Source: Gordius albopunctatus
Lineage: Eukaryota
Assembly (NCBI GenBank): GCA_964276515.1
Contig: OZ193909.1
Span: 21,266,001-21,330,000 of the forward strand
Direction: 5' to 3'
DNA: 64,000 nucleotides
Numbering within the stretch: the first letter of the stretch is position 1; every line of letters starts with the position of its first letter. Positions 23,701 through 38,060 of the stretch are shown piece by piece. Under the pieces are notes generated by a model that made no database searches, was not told the origin of the DNA, and was given only the letters and a program-made list of their open reading frames with translations. The translations under genes and the position numbers were made by a program.

Positions 23701-26700
23701 ACAGCGCGACGCTTCGACGCTCTACCCCCAAATTGAAGCGCCCACCCTCGGATCCCCCGCTTACGAGCGTCGTTTTCTGCTGGACAAGATGTTGGAACTG
23801 AGGACGCGCGCGTTTGAAGAGAGCGCTCAAGCGATCAAAGCACAAAAAACGGCGCTCGTCGCGGAAATAACCGCGGCAGGATGCAAGCTAGACCCCCAAA
23901 CCGGGCGTATTTTAGATGAGAAAGTGGAAGAAAATCCTGTTAAAACGGAGAAAACCTATGACGCTGCTCCTTCTGTTGTTCTTAAAGCAGAGGCGGTTGA
24001 CGAGAGCGTACAATCTGATCCCACTCTAGGACCCGCAATTCCCGATCAGACGCCCGCGCTCGACACTCATGATAAAGAAGAAAAGCCACAACCTAAAGCG
24101 TCGTCTACAGTTAACACCGCGGCCCCATACATCAATAGTTTCGTGGATTTTCTCAAAACTAACGCCGGCGAACAACGCCCTGCCGCTTCTAGCGTCGCCG
24201 CGCGCGATTTTGCCGCGCGCCTAAGTCATATCGAAGCCCAACTCGCGAGCATCAACGGCGGCGACGGCGCTTCAACCCCTTCCATAGCCAAACTATTTGC
24301 ATCGTGCGGCGCTTCACTCGCCGCTCAAGTCCGGGCGGCTTTGGGGAAAAAAGCTAAGCCCCGAAAAGTTTACTCTAAGTTGGTAGTGCCCTTAGGGTCT
24401 AAATTCATTTCTAAACGCGGTCGGCGTTTTAGCATCCTAATCCTGCCCGAGCACGAGACCAAGCGTCTAGCACGCTATCTAAATCATTACTCTCACACCA
24501 GCTCGGAGGGTAGATCAGGGGAAACGGTTATTTTCAAATACCCACCCAAGTACTACGAGGCCCAAGGCTTCAGCTCTAGCGCCAAGCCTAACCACTTGTT
24601 TTGGCCTTACACGTGCCCTCGACCAACCTTCAAAACGGGTAAGATTAGGCTTCGTATCCGGCTACATTTTTTATAACGGTTTTTCTGAGTTTTTGATGAC
24701 CTCCAATCTAGGTTTTATAACTCGCCGCCTCCTTAGTTTTAAAGTTGATTAGGTTGTAGGGCGTTCCTTCTATTTGGACACTTAATTGCACAATCCAAAA
24801 CATATTATGCTAAGAAATCACCTTTAATAATCGAAATTGGACTAAATGGAGTCTATAACGTGGTATACGCAACAAATCCCCAAAAAACTGTGCAAATAAT
24901 TAAAAAAGCTGCCGAAATGTCCGTCTTGTCCTGTCTGTCTCGTCCCCATATTAATACACATTTTTGTTCATCAGCATGGAGATATCGTACTTGGAGGGCG
25001 GAATCCTTGTGTACCCTAGCGCTCCAACTCAAAATCATGTGGTACGCCATCCAATGGGACGATATGTGGGCTAAGCCCCCTCTGGGTGGCATACAAACCC
25101 TAAGCACGGAAGAAGACATCGCCACCACTGAAATCCTGAAACGGACCGAGCCCATCTATCCCGGCCAAGAGGCTAAATACTTGGTCCGCAAAATAGTTAT
25201 CCCCCTCACCATGCCTCCCCCCCCGCCCCATTCCGAAGGCCCGGGGGGCGGCAACAGAGACTTTTACCACAACGCCAGCTCGGACTACAGTGAGTACTTT
25301 TGTAAATAAGTTTACTGCTACCGGGTTCGATCGAAGAACCCCTTACTACTCGATATATATTGGCATGATTACCTTCTAATTCCAATGCTGGCGACGCCCA
25401 TGTATATTGGCCTTTTATCAATTTTACTCGTGGTCTAATCGCCCAATTTGCTTCAGCGAAATTAATTAAAATTTCTTGGTCCGACATTTCGGGTGTGATT
25501 TGTTTATGTGTACCTCAAAGATGGCCGCCTCCACCCTTGCTCAATAATTATCATCTGTTCCCTAGTCTATCCCGTGGTCGTCTTACAGGTTTCTTTTAGG
25601 ATGCGAGTCTTAGGGTGCCACCTTGATCGTAGTGGTTGGGGGGGGGTTTATTAAGTGAGGGCGGGCGTTGAAGGGCTAGAACCAAAATATTTATGGTGAG
25701 GCTGTTGGGCGGGACAACTATCTTACCGCCCTTTTTTACCATCCCTCTACACCACTCCAAATTCTTTTAGTTCCTCCGCAAAGGACGAGCTCTCGCGTCA
25801 AGAAAGTGGTTGAATGTGACAAAGTATCCGACCCCAGCATGACCGAAACTTGGGTCAATGAAAGGCAACTAGCGCTCTGGCAAATTCAACTTTTTGCCGA
25901 CAAGTAAGCACTTTCACTTTCATTGTATACGAGAGCCACGCTTTTTATTCAAACAATCGATAGCTATTTTAATCGCATAATTTGGATTTGGAATCCTTTT
26001 TGGATTCCCGCCCTTTTTTCAAACAAGAAGATGGAGACTTTTAATACTCATATAAAGCCCTCTTTCGTTTTATTATACTTTAATTGTAGTATTTTAAAGT
26101 AATATAATTAAATGTTAGTAGATATATGTGTGTGAATAAGTCAATTTTTTATCAAAACAAGAAATTTAAAAGGTATTTAGATGACGGAGGTGTTTTTAGT
26201 CATTGGAATAATCTAAATACATATAATAATATTAAAGCATCTCTCTCCTTTCTCCACTTCTTCTTTTAGAAGTGAATTTTAAAATAATTATTTTTTAATA
26301 TCCCCTCATGTTTATGTATTTAGTAAAAATGTCTTTTCCTGTCCAATGTTAAAATACCCCCCCCCCCTTTATTTTCCGACATTTGTACACTTTTAAAATG
26401 TATTATCTAAGATTTTAAAAATGATTTTATTTGGGTGCCGTGCAGATTGGAGAAACGGGTTTCTATGACAAATTTTCAGGAAAAGTCCAAGTCCGTCACT
26501 TCCACCTTCACTAATATGCCCATCAAGATGGCCGACCAAATTAAGATCGAAATTGAGAATCAGCTGAAACAACAAGCTCTACGGTACACATATAAACACA
26601 CTTTAGTTTGCATTATATCATAGACTACACATTATATCATATGTTTCAATTTCATATTGTACCATTAAATACTCCACCATTTTGAATCCCCCCCCCCATG

Positions 26701-29700
26701 CCTTTCTGCAATGTACTCCCCATTGTTGAAACGGAAAAAGAGAATCCACCTTCCTCATTAGTTTATAAAACACAAAGAATGTTAATTAATGATTTTTATT
26801 AAAATGTAATTATTTCTTCAACTTCACGTCATCACAATATTTTTATTTTAATGAACGAATTTTTTTCGTTCTAAAAACACTTTAAGAATCTTTCTATATG
26901 CCCTAACCTAATTTGCGCGCATTTCAAAATGGCGCAAAAGCGGTGCATACTTGTTTAAAGTTGGGGAGCAGCAGTCTATAGCTAGTCTATGGTCATTACA
27001 AAAATTATATATTAGTTTTTCGAAAAATAATGAGAAAATTTTTGCTCCTTAGATTTAATAACTATCGATGCTCGTTAATATTTTAAAAGTGCGTCAAATT
27101 GGGAATTAGATTTATACGTTGTTAAGACGAGGCGATGAAAATAATGAAAAACCTTACTTTAAAGTGCAATAAAAATGGGAGGGACAAAATGCAATATTTA
27201 TGGGCAAATGTCTAATTTTTTGTGATCCTTATTTTTTGACTACCAGGCAAAGTAACATGCTGAATTACAAAACGTTATCCGGTGGTCACCAGGCCAATTC
27301 GCAACAACCTCAGACCCCTGTGATGTTGAATTTTGGCACTTGTGCCACCGTCGGACCCAACACCAATATCCTGAGATTCGTTTCGCCTTCTGTACTGACT
27401 CAAAGCACAGACACTGCCAGGGGGCAGCCTAACTTAGTTAGAGGTAATATATATTTATATACAGACTATTTTTTGAAATGAAATTAAAATGCTTTTATTA
27501 CAATTAAAAATGATAGATGAATGTGTAAATAAAAAGTATTTGGGATCATTACTTTAGAAATCATAACCTTTTTGACCGACCATCTCAAATTTGGGTAATC
27601 CTTTAGAGTAAATTTTGTTGAAAATTTTACCCTATTTGCGCCAATGCTTTTTGAGTTATGGACGTTTAAAGGGCCAAAATCACGCTCGGCACCGTTTTAT
27701 GCATCTTACTATTACAGAAAGTAATTGCCTCCTCATTCACCTAAATTTTAGTGCATCTAACAAAAACCCCCAAAATTTTGCGCTTTATTCCTCTGATAGT
27801 TATTATTATTATTACCGATAGAAGTGTTTCGGTTATTTTTGAAGCATATTTTAAGCTCTAAAAAGTTTTAAAGAAGATCAATATCTTAAATGTATTTGAA
27901 GTTGATCTTGGCTTTCCTCACTTAAATGTTTGATTTCTGCTTATTGAAATCATTTCGCCTTATAAAAATCGATACATCTTTTGAATGTTAATTACTTTAA
28001 AATTGGAAATAAAGCCATTACCAAAATTTTATTTTCCGATGCGTTAGAAATAAGCGCTGGAAATTTATATCCTTAGCCGTTTACTATTATATATCATACT
28101 AGTTTTTTGTGTTGACTTTGGTCTATTTTTCAAATTTCGACTAAACCTAGTGGTCTCGACTAAGGAAATCAGACCAAAAAGGCTCTTGTTATCATTTTCT
28201 TGGGCTTTTTTGTAGAAAGTGTGCATATTATATTTCTTTCCTTTATTTAAATTTTGTATCATTTATCATAATAGCACAAGTAAGTGGTGGTGGCGGCATC
28301 GCTAATCTCGGACAAATCCTGAAACCCATAACTGTTTCCACCCCGGGCACCAATGCTTCCCAAGGCGCCAACTTCGTCCTTAAACGTAATTTTGCATTCT
28401 AAATGTGTTTGCCATTTGTAAAATCTTTGAATTCGCACTTTTTTAAAATTATTCGCCCACCCCGATATTTGTATGTATACTAACTAATGTATTTCCTTCA
28501 TTGTTTCACAGCTATGCCCCCAGGCCAACAAGTTGCGGGCGTCATATCATCGGCTCAGCTAGCTAGGCTCTCAACCAACTCAGGCCCCGGCAATCCTTCT
28601 AATCCCCTCCAAATTAGAACTCTCATGCCTGGTATCATCATTTGTTTTTTGGCGTTTTTATAATACTCCCTCATCAGGGTTCATAAGATATTTCACAAAA
28701 ATTACATTGAAAACTTTTTACTCTACTTGTGGCTTAATATATTTCTGGTTGCCCCTCCGTCTTGTCCGTCCTCCTGTCCAACTTGTAATTTTTCAATAAA
28801 TGCCGTAGATACTTGTACCGGTTTAAAGGACTGTGGACTTCCGCTTCTGCGAAAGACTTCTCTTCTTGTGCTTTCTCAAATACACTAACTAATAATGACC
28901 GCTGATTGGCTTTACCCTTATCCACCTCTCCCGACCCCAAATTCCATTGTTGTCATTGTGCCCACTCATGATTTTCTTTATATACTTCCTTTGGGCAACG
29001 TGTCTAGGTTGTTGTTACTATATATCGGATAATTGCGAAATCGGCTAAATAATTTCTTTACTTACGATTGAAATCGCGTAAGTTTTTACAATGTATATAT
29101 ATATATATCTGATTATATAATACTTTGTATTATAATATTTTGACTCAGGTCAGCAAATAATCCGCCTGCCGGACGGTCGTTTTCAAATTGTAAACTTAAC
29201 TAACCTCGCGGTTGGCACTACTAAAGCCCAACCAGATGTCGCTCCCAAAATTCCCTCGACCTCACTAATTGCGTCCTCCACGGGGCAAACCCTGAGCAAT
29301 GGCGCCCTCCCCGGCACTTTGACCAACCAAATCTCTCAAGTTAATTCCCAAACCGTTCGCACTATCTTTTTACTTGAATCTTTTTCGTTTAACTATGCCG
29401 ATTTTATTTTTGTGTTGCGAGTTAAATACGATAATCGATATATCTTTATTTGCTCATTATGTATATCTTAATTATTTTATTAATAATTTAAGGGCCTGCA
29501 GCTAGAACTCTGCAAACTTATATTTCTTCCGCCCGTGCCCGACACTTTTTATTTTTTTATAAAAGAAGGATTTTATTCAGAACACCCTCCCTCCCGCACC
29601 TCTCATTTAACATTAGCCTAGTCAAAAGAGGAACTTAGCTAGATTTTGGCGGCCTCGAGCTCCCATCAGGTTCTGCCCGATGCCGAGGCCTGGGCTCTCT

Positions 29701-32700
29701 CTACCTGCTTCCTTTTTTGAACTTTGGGAGTTCGTAGTATAACCTTGTTTTTGTTTAACTTCTAATATCCTTTTTAGATCAGTGGAATCCCTGCCTCGAG
29801 CACCTTCCACAATCCCACGCTAAATCCACAACTGGGCACCGTTTTAACCACCTCAACTAACCCTACTACGGCTCTCGGTAATTTTTATTTATTTTGTACA
29901 TATTATCATGCTACTTTTAGCCCTTTTTATAATAATACGCTAACCCCCGTGTTTTTCACGAGTGCCCATAATAACCCATTTTTTACGAGTGTGTGTTGTG
30001 GTGGTGGTATCACCATTTTATCATAAGTCTAAATTAAAGCGCAGCTATGGGTTTACTCATGGGGCGGTGTAGGCAGCATGGGAATTAGATTAATAAATTT
30101 CAACAAAATATTGGATTTGCCTTCCCTTCCCCCTCCCCCCCCCCTTTGCTACGCCCATGCCTTAGAGCCGTTGAGCCGCAAAGAGATTAATTATTTTTCC
30201 CTGTTTAGCGTCGCCGGTTGAAACTCCCACGTCGATCGCCAGCAAAGTTGGGGAAAAATGGAATACGTCAGCAGAGCCTACTACTCATAAGAAATTCGAA
30301 CTTACTCCGGCTATTACTCAAAAAAGTAGGAAACATCCATCCTCTAAAAGTCTAAGATGCGATGTTGCTTTTTGGATGCATTTGTCATAATTTATATCTC
30401 GCCCATTTTCTAGGGCACCGACAAGGATTAGGCTTACTTTTGTTTTAGCTTCCATTTCGACGCAATTGCTATTTATTTAGGCTGTCTAACCATCTTAAAC
30501 TCGCGTTTGAATATATGAATTGCTATGCACTTTATGGGGCGGGGGGGGGGCTCGCTTGTTTTAATTTTCAGTAATTGCGGTGGAAACTTGTAATGGATGT
30601 GTTGTTGCTTTCGCGAATAGCCTAGCTAATCACCGCTAGTTGCCTTCAATTCTTCCACCTCGCCCGAGCCTAAATTTCATTACTCCTTTTTGTGCCCGAC
30701 TCATTATTAACCTTACATTAAAATTTCTTTTTGCAAATAGTCTCGGTTGTTGCTTTCGATCGGATACTTGTCGAACTCGGTAAATTAAGAATGACCCATG
30801 CTTACATCTAATTTGTCTGATACCGGCCAAAGGCCAAAATCCATCTTAAGTTTGTGCCTTTTGCTATTTTGTACATCAGACTAATTGCCAAAAGGAATTT
30901 ATATATAAAGGTAAGCAGTTGGGGGGGGGAGCACAAAAATGTAAATGAAATTCTGGGGTCAGGCGTAGTCGAATAAATTGTCATTAGCTAGCTAGTCTAT
31001 ATGCGAAAGAAAAATTAAAGCCTTTTACAGAAGCATAATTCAAACAGCGATTATTAAAAAGCCAAGTTGGACAGGACAACCAAAAACGAGCCGAAAAATT
31101 GTGTAGCAATTGATATAACAAAATTTTTCTGATTTTTAATCGCGTTTTTCGTTTCACACGCGCGCTTCCTATCAAGTTTTGCGCCAAGCCATGTTGAATA
31201 CAACCGATCCCTCGGTTCAAGCCAAACTCGTGGCTTTCCAGCGCGCCCACCAAACGCGCTATGAGCAGCACCCTCCTGCACAAGCGTCAACGCGCGCTAC
31301 TCTTTCTTTCGACGCCGGAGGCGATGAGCTCAGCGCTGACGAAACGCTCGATTCAGAATTCGTCCTGACTGGCGATAGTCCCAAACGCGCGCCTCAAGCG
31401 TCAAATTGCGCCGGCGGAGCTCCTTATAATTTTGCCGCTGCTCAACTCCGATTGAATAACGGGCCAGGAACATTTTATCGCGCGGGCGCCACCAATACCG
31501 GCATCAGACAGGCCCATCAGCAACTTTTGGCTTCGGGCGGCGCTTTTAAGGCGACGCCCAACGCTCTCCAAGCTCAATGGCTGCTACAGCAACAACTGGC
31601 TCGTCAATTGGGGAGCGCAGCAGTTTCGTCTATCGCTCAGCACCTCCAAATCACGCCCGAAGAGCGCGAGCACAATCAGAGGTTTTTTGCTAGATTCGAT
31701 AAGATTTTGTTTTATTTTATTGGACTTTACCTTGGGTCGACTAAATTTTAATTAGGAAAAGGCATCTCTTATTTTTCTTAATTATGTCCCACGGTGGTGG
31801 GCATTGTTTTGATGAGTTTCGTCCATCTTGACCGGGTGAGGACTAATCTCCACACTTGCCCTTTCCACGTGACACGGGGTCGTCCTCTTCCTCCGTAACC
31901 TCCCTCCATGTCCAGTACCATTCGAGACTTACGTCATCCGTGTCCCTTCTTAGTAATGCCCATACCACCTTAGCCGATTTTGGTTAATCATGTCCGCATA
32001 GGTTGTTGAATACCCATCATTTTTGTCATGGTCATATGGTCGAGCTTAGTATACCTACCCCAAGCTCCACCCTATCATTCTCATCTCCCCGACTTACTAA
32101 ATTTAACACAAAGCTCTAAAGGAACTTCAACAAATTTATATCGTATTAAATAATAATTCGTTTTAACATCTTTTCGCCTCCAGACTATCCGTTGCGGGGC
32201 TGGTTATTAAATCCATGCTGGATACCATAGAGAAGAGCGAAAGGAGGTTCAGCAAAGGAGCTCCCTTCCGATCTTCCCTCTACGAATTCGACGATCGCCT
32301 CTTCAAAATCCTCTCTTCCCGAGCCGAAGTGATTAACAACTTTAGCACTAAAATTATCCCTTTAGTTTTAAGTGATGAGTGCGCATTAGCGTTGTAAAAA
32401 CGACGCTTTGGTTTTATCAGATCAAACATAGAGAGACCAAGGGGTTGACCAAAAATCCTCTCGTCTGTTTCGTCGACAAAACCCGAAGATGGACCTGCCG
32501 TTTTTACCACACCAATGTGCACGTGCACTTGTTATAAAATTTTATAATTAACGAACAAATATTTGTGACTTTTACAGGGCATACTCATAAAGCACAAGCA
32601 ATCGTTGAGGAAGGACATTTTGAAGAAGCGTAACATCCTCGAAACAAAACTCCAAAACGAGATTCAGGTATACTCCATTATTTGATATACTTTTTGGTCT

Positions 32701-35700
32701 GTTTGGCTAAACAAAACCAAGGTCTTTTAACGACATTACACCGTATTAAGAAGGTCTGTTTATCTTTCTCTCACACAATTTTATATCGTAGCCATTTCTA
32801 AATTTTATATATCGATTAGGACGAAATACATTTGGCGCTATACCCGCAAGAAGCTTTGAAGCGTGCCGCAGCTCTTGCGAATAAAGCGCAAATCGAAGCT
32901 GACGCTCCTCCCGCTCCTAGCAAGAAAAGGCGCAGCGCTGGCGCTCGAGCCTCGTCGGGAAAGGGGCGTAACAAGCGTAAGCGCTCTTTGCGCTCCAACT
33001 TTAGCAGCGATTCAGAGGATGAGGGAGACGATTCACTCTCACTCCTAGACGATGTATATGAGCGAGGTTCGGACGATGCAGACCGAAGCGCCGCAGCTCT
33101 TGAACAGCGTGACGCTCGTGGCGGGGAAGACGGGATAGAAGATGAGGGCATATTGCATCCTCTTCATAAAACTCAAGCATCATCCGCCGCTTCTGCGTCG
33201 CTTGAACAGGATAAAGGCACCACACTTGACGCTCGTGTTGCTCAAGGTCAGGCAGGAGCGTTGAGTGCTCAAAGCGCAAGCCTCAAAGACGCTGTCGCTT
33301 CTACTCAAGGCGGCGTTGGAGGAGCGGGCGTCATTCCCAAACCGAAGAAGGGAGCGCCGTCCACTAAAAATCGCGGCAAAATTAACATGTTTCACCATCA
33401 TCGCCCTAACGCTCTCTCCAACGGCGTCGTGGCAGCCTCGAAAAAAAGCTCGGAACAAGCGCTGCCAACAAATACCGAAACCGCCGCTAAAACCTCTCCT
33501 AAACGAGTCAAGAGAGGTACAGCGTTTAACGCTTCTTACTCTATAATGTGAAGTGTTACTCAAACATTTTTTAAATATTGAATTAACTTGGCCTGTCCAT
33601 ATGAAAGTTTGATTTTTATTTGGAACTAGAGATGACCCGCCCAATGTTTGATACCAAGTTTTGGTGTATGTATAAGCAAATTAAATGCAATTTCTCGGAA
33701 ATCGATAAAAAAAATTTAAATTTTGAGCTTTAGGTATGCAAAGATCATCATTCTTTCTTCCTTAACTTTTGCAATTTTTCACTACATATGTGCGAATATT
33801 GAAAACCAAAGTTCTTCCAAAAGGTGGGATAAACTTACTAAAAAAACTATGGCTGGGTAAAATTAATTTACTAACTTTCTATATTTATACGCAAAATCTT
33901 AGCGCGAAATCGGTCGGCCCAAATGGAAGAGGAGGGGGGTGAAGAAAGCTACGATAGAGTAGGAGACCGTCGGTCTGATAACAAGGCACCACCGCGACCA
34001 CCACCCATTGAAGTTTCGGAAACGAATGGTGGACCGCAACCTCCTCCGGCCAAAAGCGCTAAACCCGACCCGACGCCCAACGGTGTAGTCGATAACCTAA
34101 AGTCCGAACCCGACACGCACCATCTAATGGCTAAAGTGCAGGAGGCCATCTCGAAAAATAAGAAAAAACGCGCGGCGCTCGAAGGCAGAGGAGGAGCGTC
34201 AGAGAGTTACGATTATTATGACGATCGAGGAGAAGATATAGATGGAGAGGCGGAGGTAGGGGGAGAAAGATCCGTCTACTGCGTTTGCCGAACCCCCTAC
34301 GACGCCACAAAGTAAGTTTTGCAAAGACACGTGTCTTTCAAAAAACTTCTCTTTAAAGTTTCCAAAAATGAGTGGAAAGTTCAAATTTTTGTTACAAAGT
34401 TGGAAAGAATTTATGGTCTATCAAAGTGATGATTATTAATTGCTATGCAATTTATTGGCTCGCTTTTGGTTGTCCGTCCTGTCTTGTCCATCTACCAATT
34501 TTTTAAATGCTATGGAAATCTATGCGCTTTTAAAAGACTTTTTGCCGCTCTTCCTTTAAATTGCTTAGCAATTGGGCTACGCTTTACGGAGTATGGATGG
34601 ACGAGTTTCACGGGCGTAGCCTAGAAGGTGGGGCAAGGAGGGGCGGCTGCTCCCCCTGGAAATCCAAAGATTTGTTGCAATTATGGGGCTTAGATTTCCA
34701 AAAAAGGATCATTTCGCCCCCCCCCCTCCTTATTCCAGTTCTGGCTACTCCCATGACTAGTTTCGTTAGTGTGGTAGCACCACAGCAGAACTAAGACCAA
34801 GTCCCAATGTTTGGAAAATAATAAATAGTTTTCTACTGAGACATCAATCGCGATCGCTAACTCCAATTTTTATTCACTGATGGACCAATGCCCTCCTATA
34901 TTAGAGAAGAGGAAGAAACGAATTATGGCTTTTAATCATTTTATTTATAAATATTTTCGTTCTTGTATCCTTTTATTTATATTTATTGCTTTTTTATAAT
35001 AAAGTATGTTTAAAAAAATTAAATTGCTAGAAGCTTGTCTCTAATCCATTTATCCGCTTTTTTAGATTTTACATCGGGTGCGACAAGTGTTCGAATTGGT
35101 TTCACGGGGATTGCGTCAAAATAACGCCCAAAGAAGCAAAGCTCATGGCCAGCTACGTGTGCGAAGAGTGCAAAATCAAAGCGTCGCGTCCCCCCGTCGC
35201 GAACGTCAAAAAACGCAAACTCGACGCTCACGCGCCTGCTCCCGCGCCCCAGCCCCAGCACAGAAAACCGATTGGGTTGCAGAGCGCTGGACAACGTTCG
35301 AACCCGACGCCGGGCGCCACCGAGTTATACTGCATATGCAAACAGCCCTACGACGAATCGCAGTGAGCGTCTATCCTAAGCGCGTTTTGAACACTAAATC
35401 TTGCTAAGATTTAATAATTATTCTTCAAAATTATCGTGAGGGAATGTATTAGAGCGTGGGATTTAGTAAAGACCAAATTAAAGACACCCTTCAATTTGGT
35501 CTGTACCTCTTGAATGAATAAGGTCACGTGTCTAATCTATGGATCTAATAATAGGATTTTGTACCGCATAGTGGCATAATTGTCTTTGGGCTCCACACGC
35601 TCTCCGACAAACTTGAATTGTTTCTTCAAAATCATTATATAATCCCGACTCCAAGTCGATACTTTTTTCCTCTTAACTTTAAGAAATTTTGCAATAACAC

Positions 35701-37137
35701 CACGTATATCCTGACTTATCAAAATAAGACGTCAAATTTGCCCAGTATAATCTGATGTAAATTTTTACCGCAGATTTTACATCGGTTGCGACCGGTGTCA
35801 AGATTGGTTCCACGGGAAATGCGTCGGAGTACTGCCCTCTATGGCCGCAGACATGCCCGATTACGTGTGTCCCAATTGCAGGACTAGCGCCAACGAGAAA
35901 TACTTGGAGGAGCAAGATTATGGATTGCTAACTAAACTCCTCAAACAGATCAAGGTAAGCGATCTTAGAGCAGCGTAACACCCATGAAATTTATTCAAAA
36001 TATGGGGCTAAAATTTCAAAAATGCTCATTTTGTCCCTCCCCCCTGAATCAACTTTGCCCCCCCCCCCTCCCTCCCTCTAATTCCAATGCCCTACAACCT
36101 TAGATTGAATATTTTGGTGCCTGGATCGGATTGGGTCAAATTATGTTTTTTACTGAATGGGAAGTATTTGGTGAATTTTTGCAATTATTAAGAGTCTATG
36201 ATAAGATAATTATCTCTTTTAAATAAAGAACAATATTCTCATGTAACGTTATTTGAGGGGTACATATCTTTATTCTAGTCATACCGATTGGTTGTTTTAT
36301 TTTTAACATACAAACCGTCGTCGGTTTTTCGTTTGATATTATAATGAATGAAGAACTAAGAAGATCTCTCATTTTAAACAAAGCATCCATATCTTTAGTT
36401 TTAAAAATGATTTGGGCACTCACTAATATCTTTGGCCATTTTTGCCACGCAATTTGGAGGTAAACTTTTTATCTGAATCTCCGCGACATCTAACCCATAT
36501 TTTTTGCACCTAGGGCCATCCCAGTTCGTGGCCATTCCAAGAACCCGTCGACCCCAGGGATGCACCCGACTATTACGTAGTCATCAAAGAACCCATTGGT
36601 AAGTGCCTTTTTTGAATTTTTCTGAATTTCCACGTAAAAATGTCATTTTTGGCAAATTTTATTAACCTTTCAATGCATCGCACACTTAATGTGACTAGAA
36701 AATTAACTATGGCATACTGATGAGCTCTAATAAGAGCGAAAACGTTAGTATATTATGTCGTTATAAATTTCGAGTCACACATGCGGAAAAAGATGGGCAA
36801 GTCAAAGTAATCTCTAATTAAAATTGCCCGTAGATGGCGCTAATTGGAGTAACCTTTTGAGTTAAGGGGTTATTAGTATTTTCTTCAAGGTTATCAACAA
36901 AATCGCGATTTATCGATTTATTTTTCAAACGTAGATCTAAAGAAGATCGAACGCAAAATTTACAAGCACCAATACAAGAAATTGCTGGATTTCGTGGGTG
37001 ACATAACAAAAATGTTTGACAATTGCCGTTACTACAATACAAAGGACTCACCCTACTACGAATGCGCCGAAATTTTGGAATCATTCTTTTCGCAAAAACT
37101 GAAAAATATCCGAAAACAACAACCCCCCGACCCCTAA
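17786..37137 (+). CDS. BPTF: Nucleosome-remodelling factor subunit BPTF/NURF301 (DDT, PHD, low-complexity middle, PHD, PHD, bromodomain)
   Basis: Approximate exons: 17786-19091, 19146-19383, 19486-19694, 19829-19890, 19938-20172, 20699-20966, 21251-21371, 22117-22289, 23292-23396, 23612-24638, 24974-25289, 25771-25902, 26446-26583, 27247-27442, 28274-28385, 28512-28631, 29150-29339, 29778-29877, 30209-30326, 31177-31681, 32184-32329, 32578-32667, 32820-33516, 33903-34311, 35066-35362, 35773-35953, 36514-36598, 36934-37137 (TAA). Diagnostic motifs [81 protein letters not shown] and FDNCRYYN. Confidence 0.95.
22422..22702. mobile_element. PIF/Harbinger (Tourist)-like MITE nested in a family-B MITE fragment
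   Basis: TIR gggcccccgtcttaatatgggatt / aatccgatattaagacgcgccc, flanked by TTA on both sides. Confidence 0.65.
31800..32090 (-). mobile_element. RTE LINE 3' fragment in a BPTF intron
   Basis: Matches 15390-15690 (ccatcttgaccgggtgag, ttccacgtgacacggggtcgtcctcttcc, ccaccctatcatt). Confidence 0.85.
36711..36759 (+). ncRNA. Minimal type I hammerhead ribozyme motif (Penelope/retrozyme-like); this copy may be inactivated
   Basis: ggcata-CTGATGA-gctct(aata)agagc-GAA-AACGTT-A-[gtatat]-tatgtc: perfect core, 5-bp helix II, palindromic helix III, and helix I ggcata/tatgtc displaced by a 6-nt insertion. Confidence 0.7.
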
Positions 37138-37792
37138 ACACAGTCTAGAGCCGTGTAATTTTATTTCTACTAGAGCCATGCAAACTATCATATCTGATAT
37201 ATTCTCTCTCTCTCAATACTTTATATCAATGCGTAGAAAAATATAGAATTGTTATTTTTAACATTAGCCACCCTAGATAGTATTTATGAACATACTTCTT
37301 GTATCGTTGTTATCTTTGCCACTACTACACATTGGATTCAATCATAGCTACCCCCCCCCTTTATTAAAACCCTAACCCTAACCCTATCTTATATTGTGCA
37401 ACTCTCACATTTCTTGTACATATAATCAATATTTCTTTCGTATTCCTATGACATCTCCACCCCCTTATTTTAATCTTAGATGTTATACATGGTGATTCGC
37501 AATTTTATTGAATCATAATAAAGAACTATTCTCGAAATTTGTATTGGGTACGCGTCTGAAAAACATGCCAAATCGGTTTCAAGTCGAATATTTACTTGCT
37601 GAAATTCGAAAATCTGACTCGAATCTTTTAAAACGAAACGAATATGATCATTTCTTAATTTTCCCGATCATTTTAAATTTACATATAATATGGGCCTCAA
37701 ATTTCCAAAAAATATTTCTAACATTTTAGGTTAACATAATTTTAGAGTTACCCCGTAACGCTACATCATTAAACTATAAGTAATATATTATG

Positions 37793-38060
37793 AAACTCGG
37801 GCCTTCGGCCCTCGTGGTAAGGGGAAGGGGGAACTCTTCTGTATAAAAGTAGCATATTTGCTATGCAATTTATGGGCGAGAAAGGTGGGGCTGGGGAGGG
37901 GCGAGAATCTCTATAGGGGGGTATTAAATGCAAAATAATTGGACTGACGGGCATAGGGTAAATTTAAATGGTAACCAATTTATAAAAAACGAAAAAAAAA
38001 TTTCGAATCACAAATTTGGCCAATCGTCATTTTTTTCAAATAGTTAATAACATCTTCAAG
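37793..38060 (-). mobile_element. HINE/DINE-like element, 3' part (inverted relative to the copies at 38722 and 39081)
   Basis: Reverse complement of the 3' end of the 39081-39978 element, including the gggccgaaggccc hairpin and the subterminal repeat ttgctatgcaatttatgggc. Confidence 0.8.

Noticed and set aside
28640..28685. CTGATGA on the minus strand as another hammerhead
   Set aside because: No helix II or correctly placed GAAA follows.
32816..34384. Antisense and alternative-frame ORFs over BPTF exons
   Set aside because: Shadow ORFs expected in GC-rich coding exons.
37368..37385. Telomeric (AACCCT)3
   Set aside because: Only three units in a probable 3' UTR; too short to indicate a telomere-derived site.
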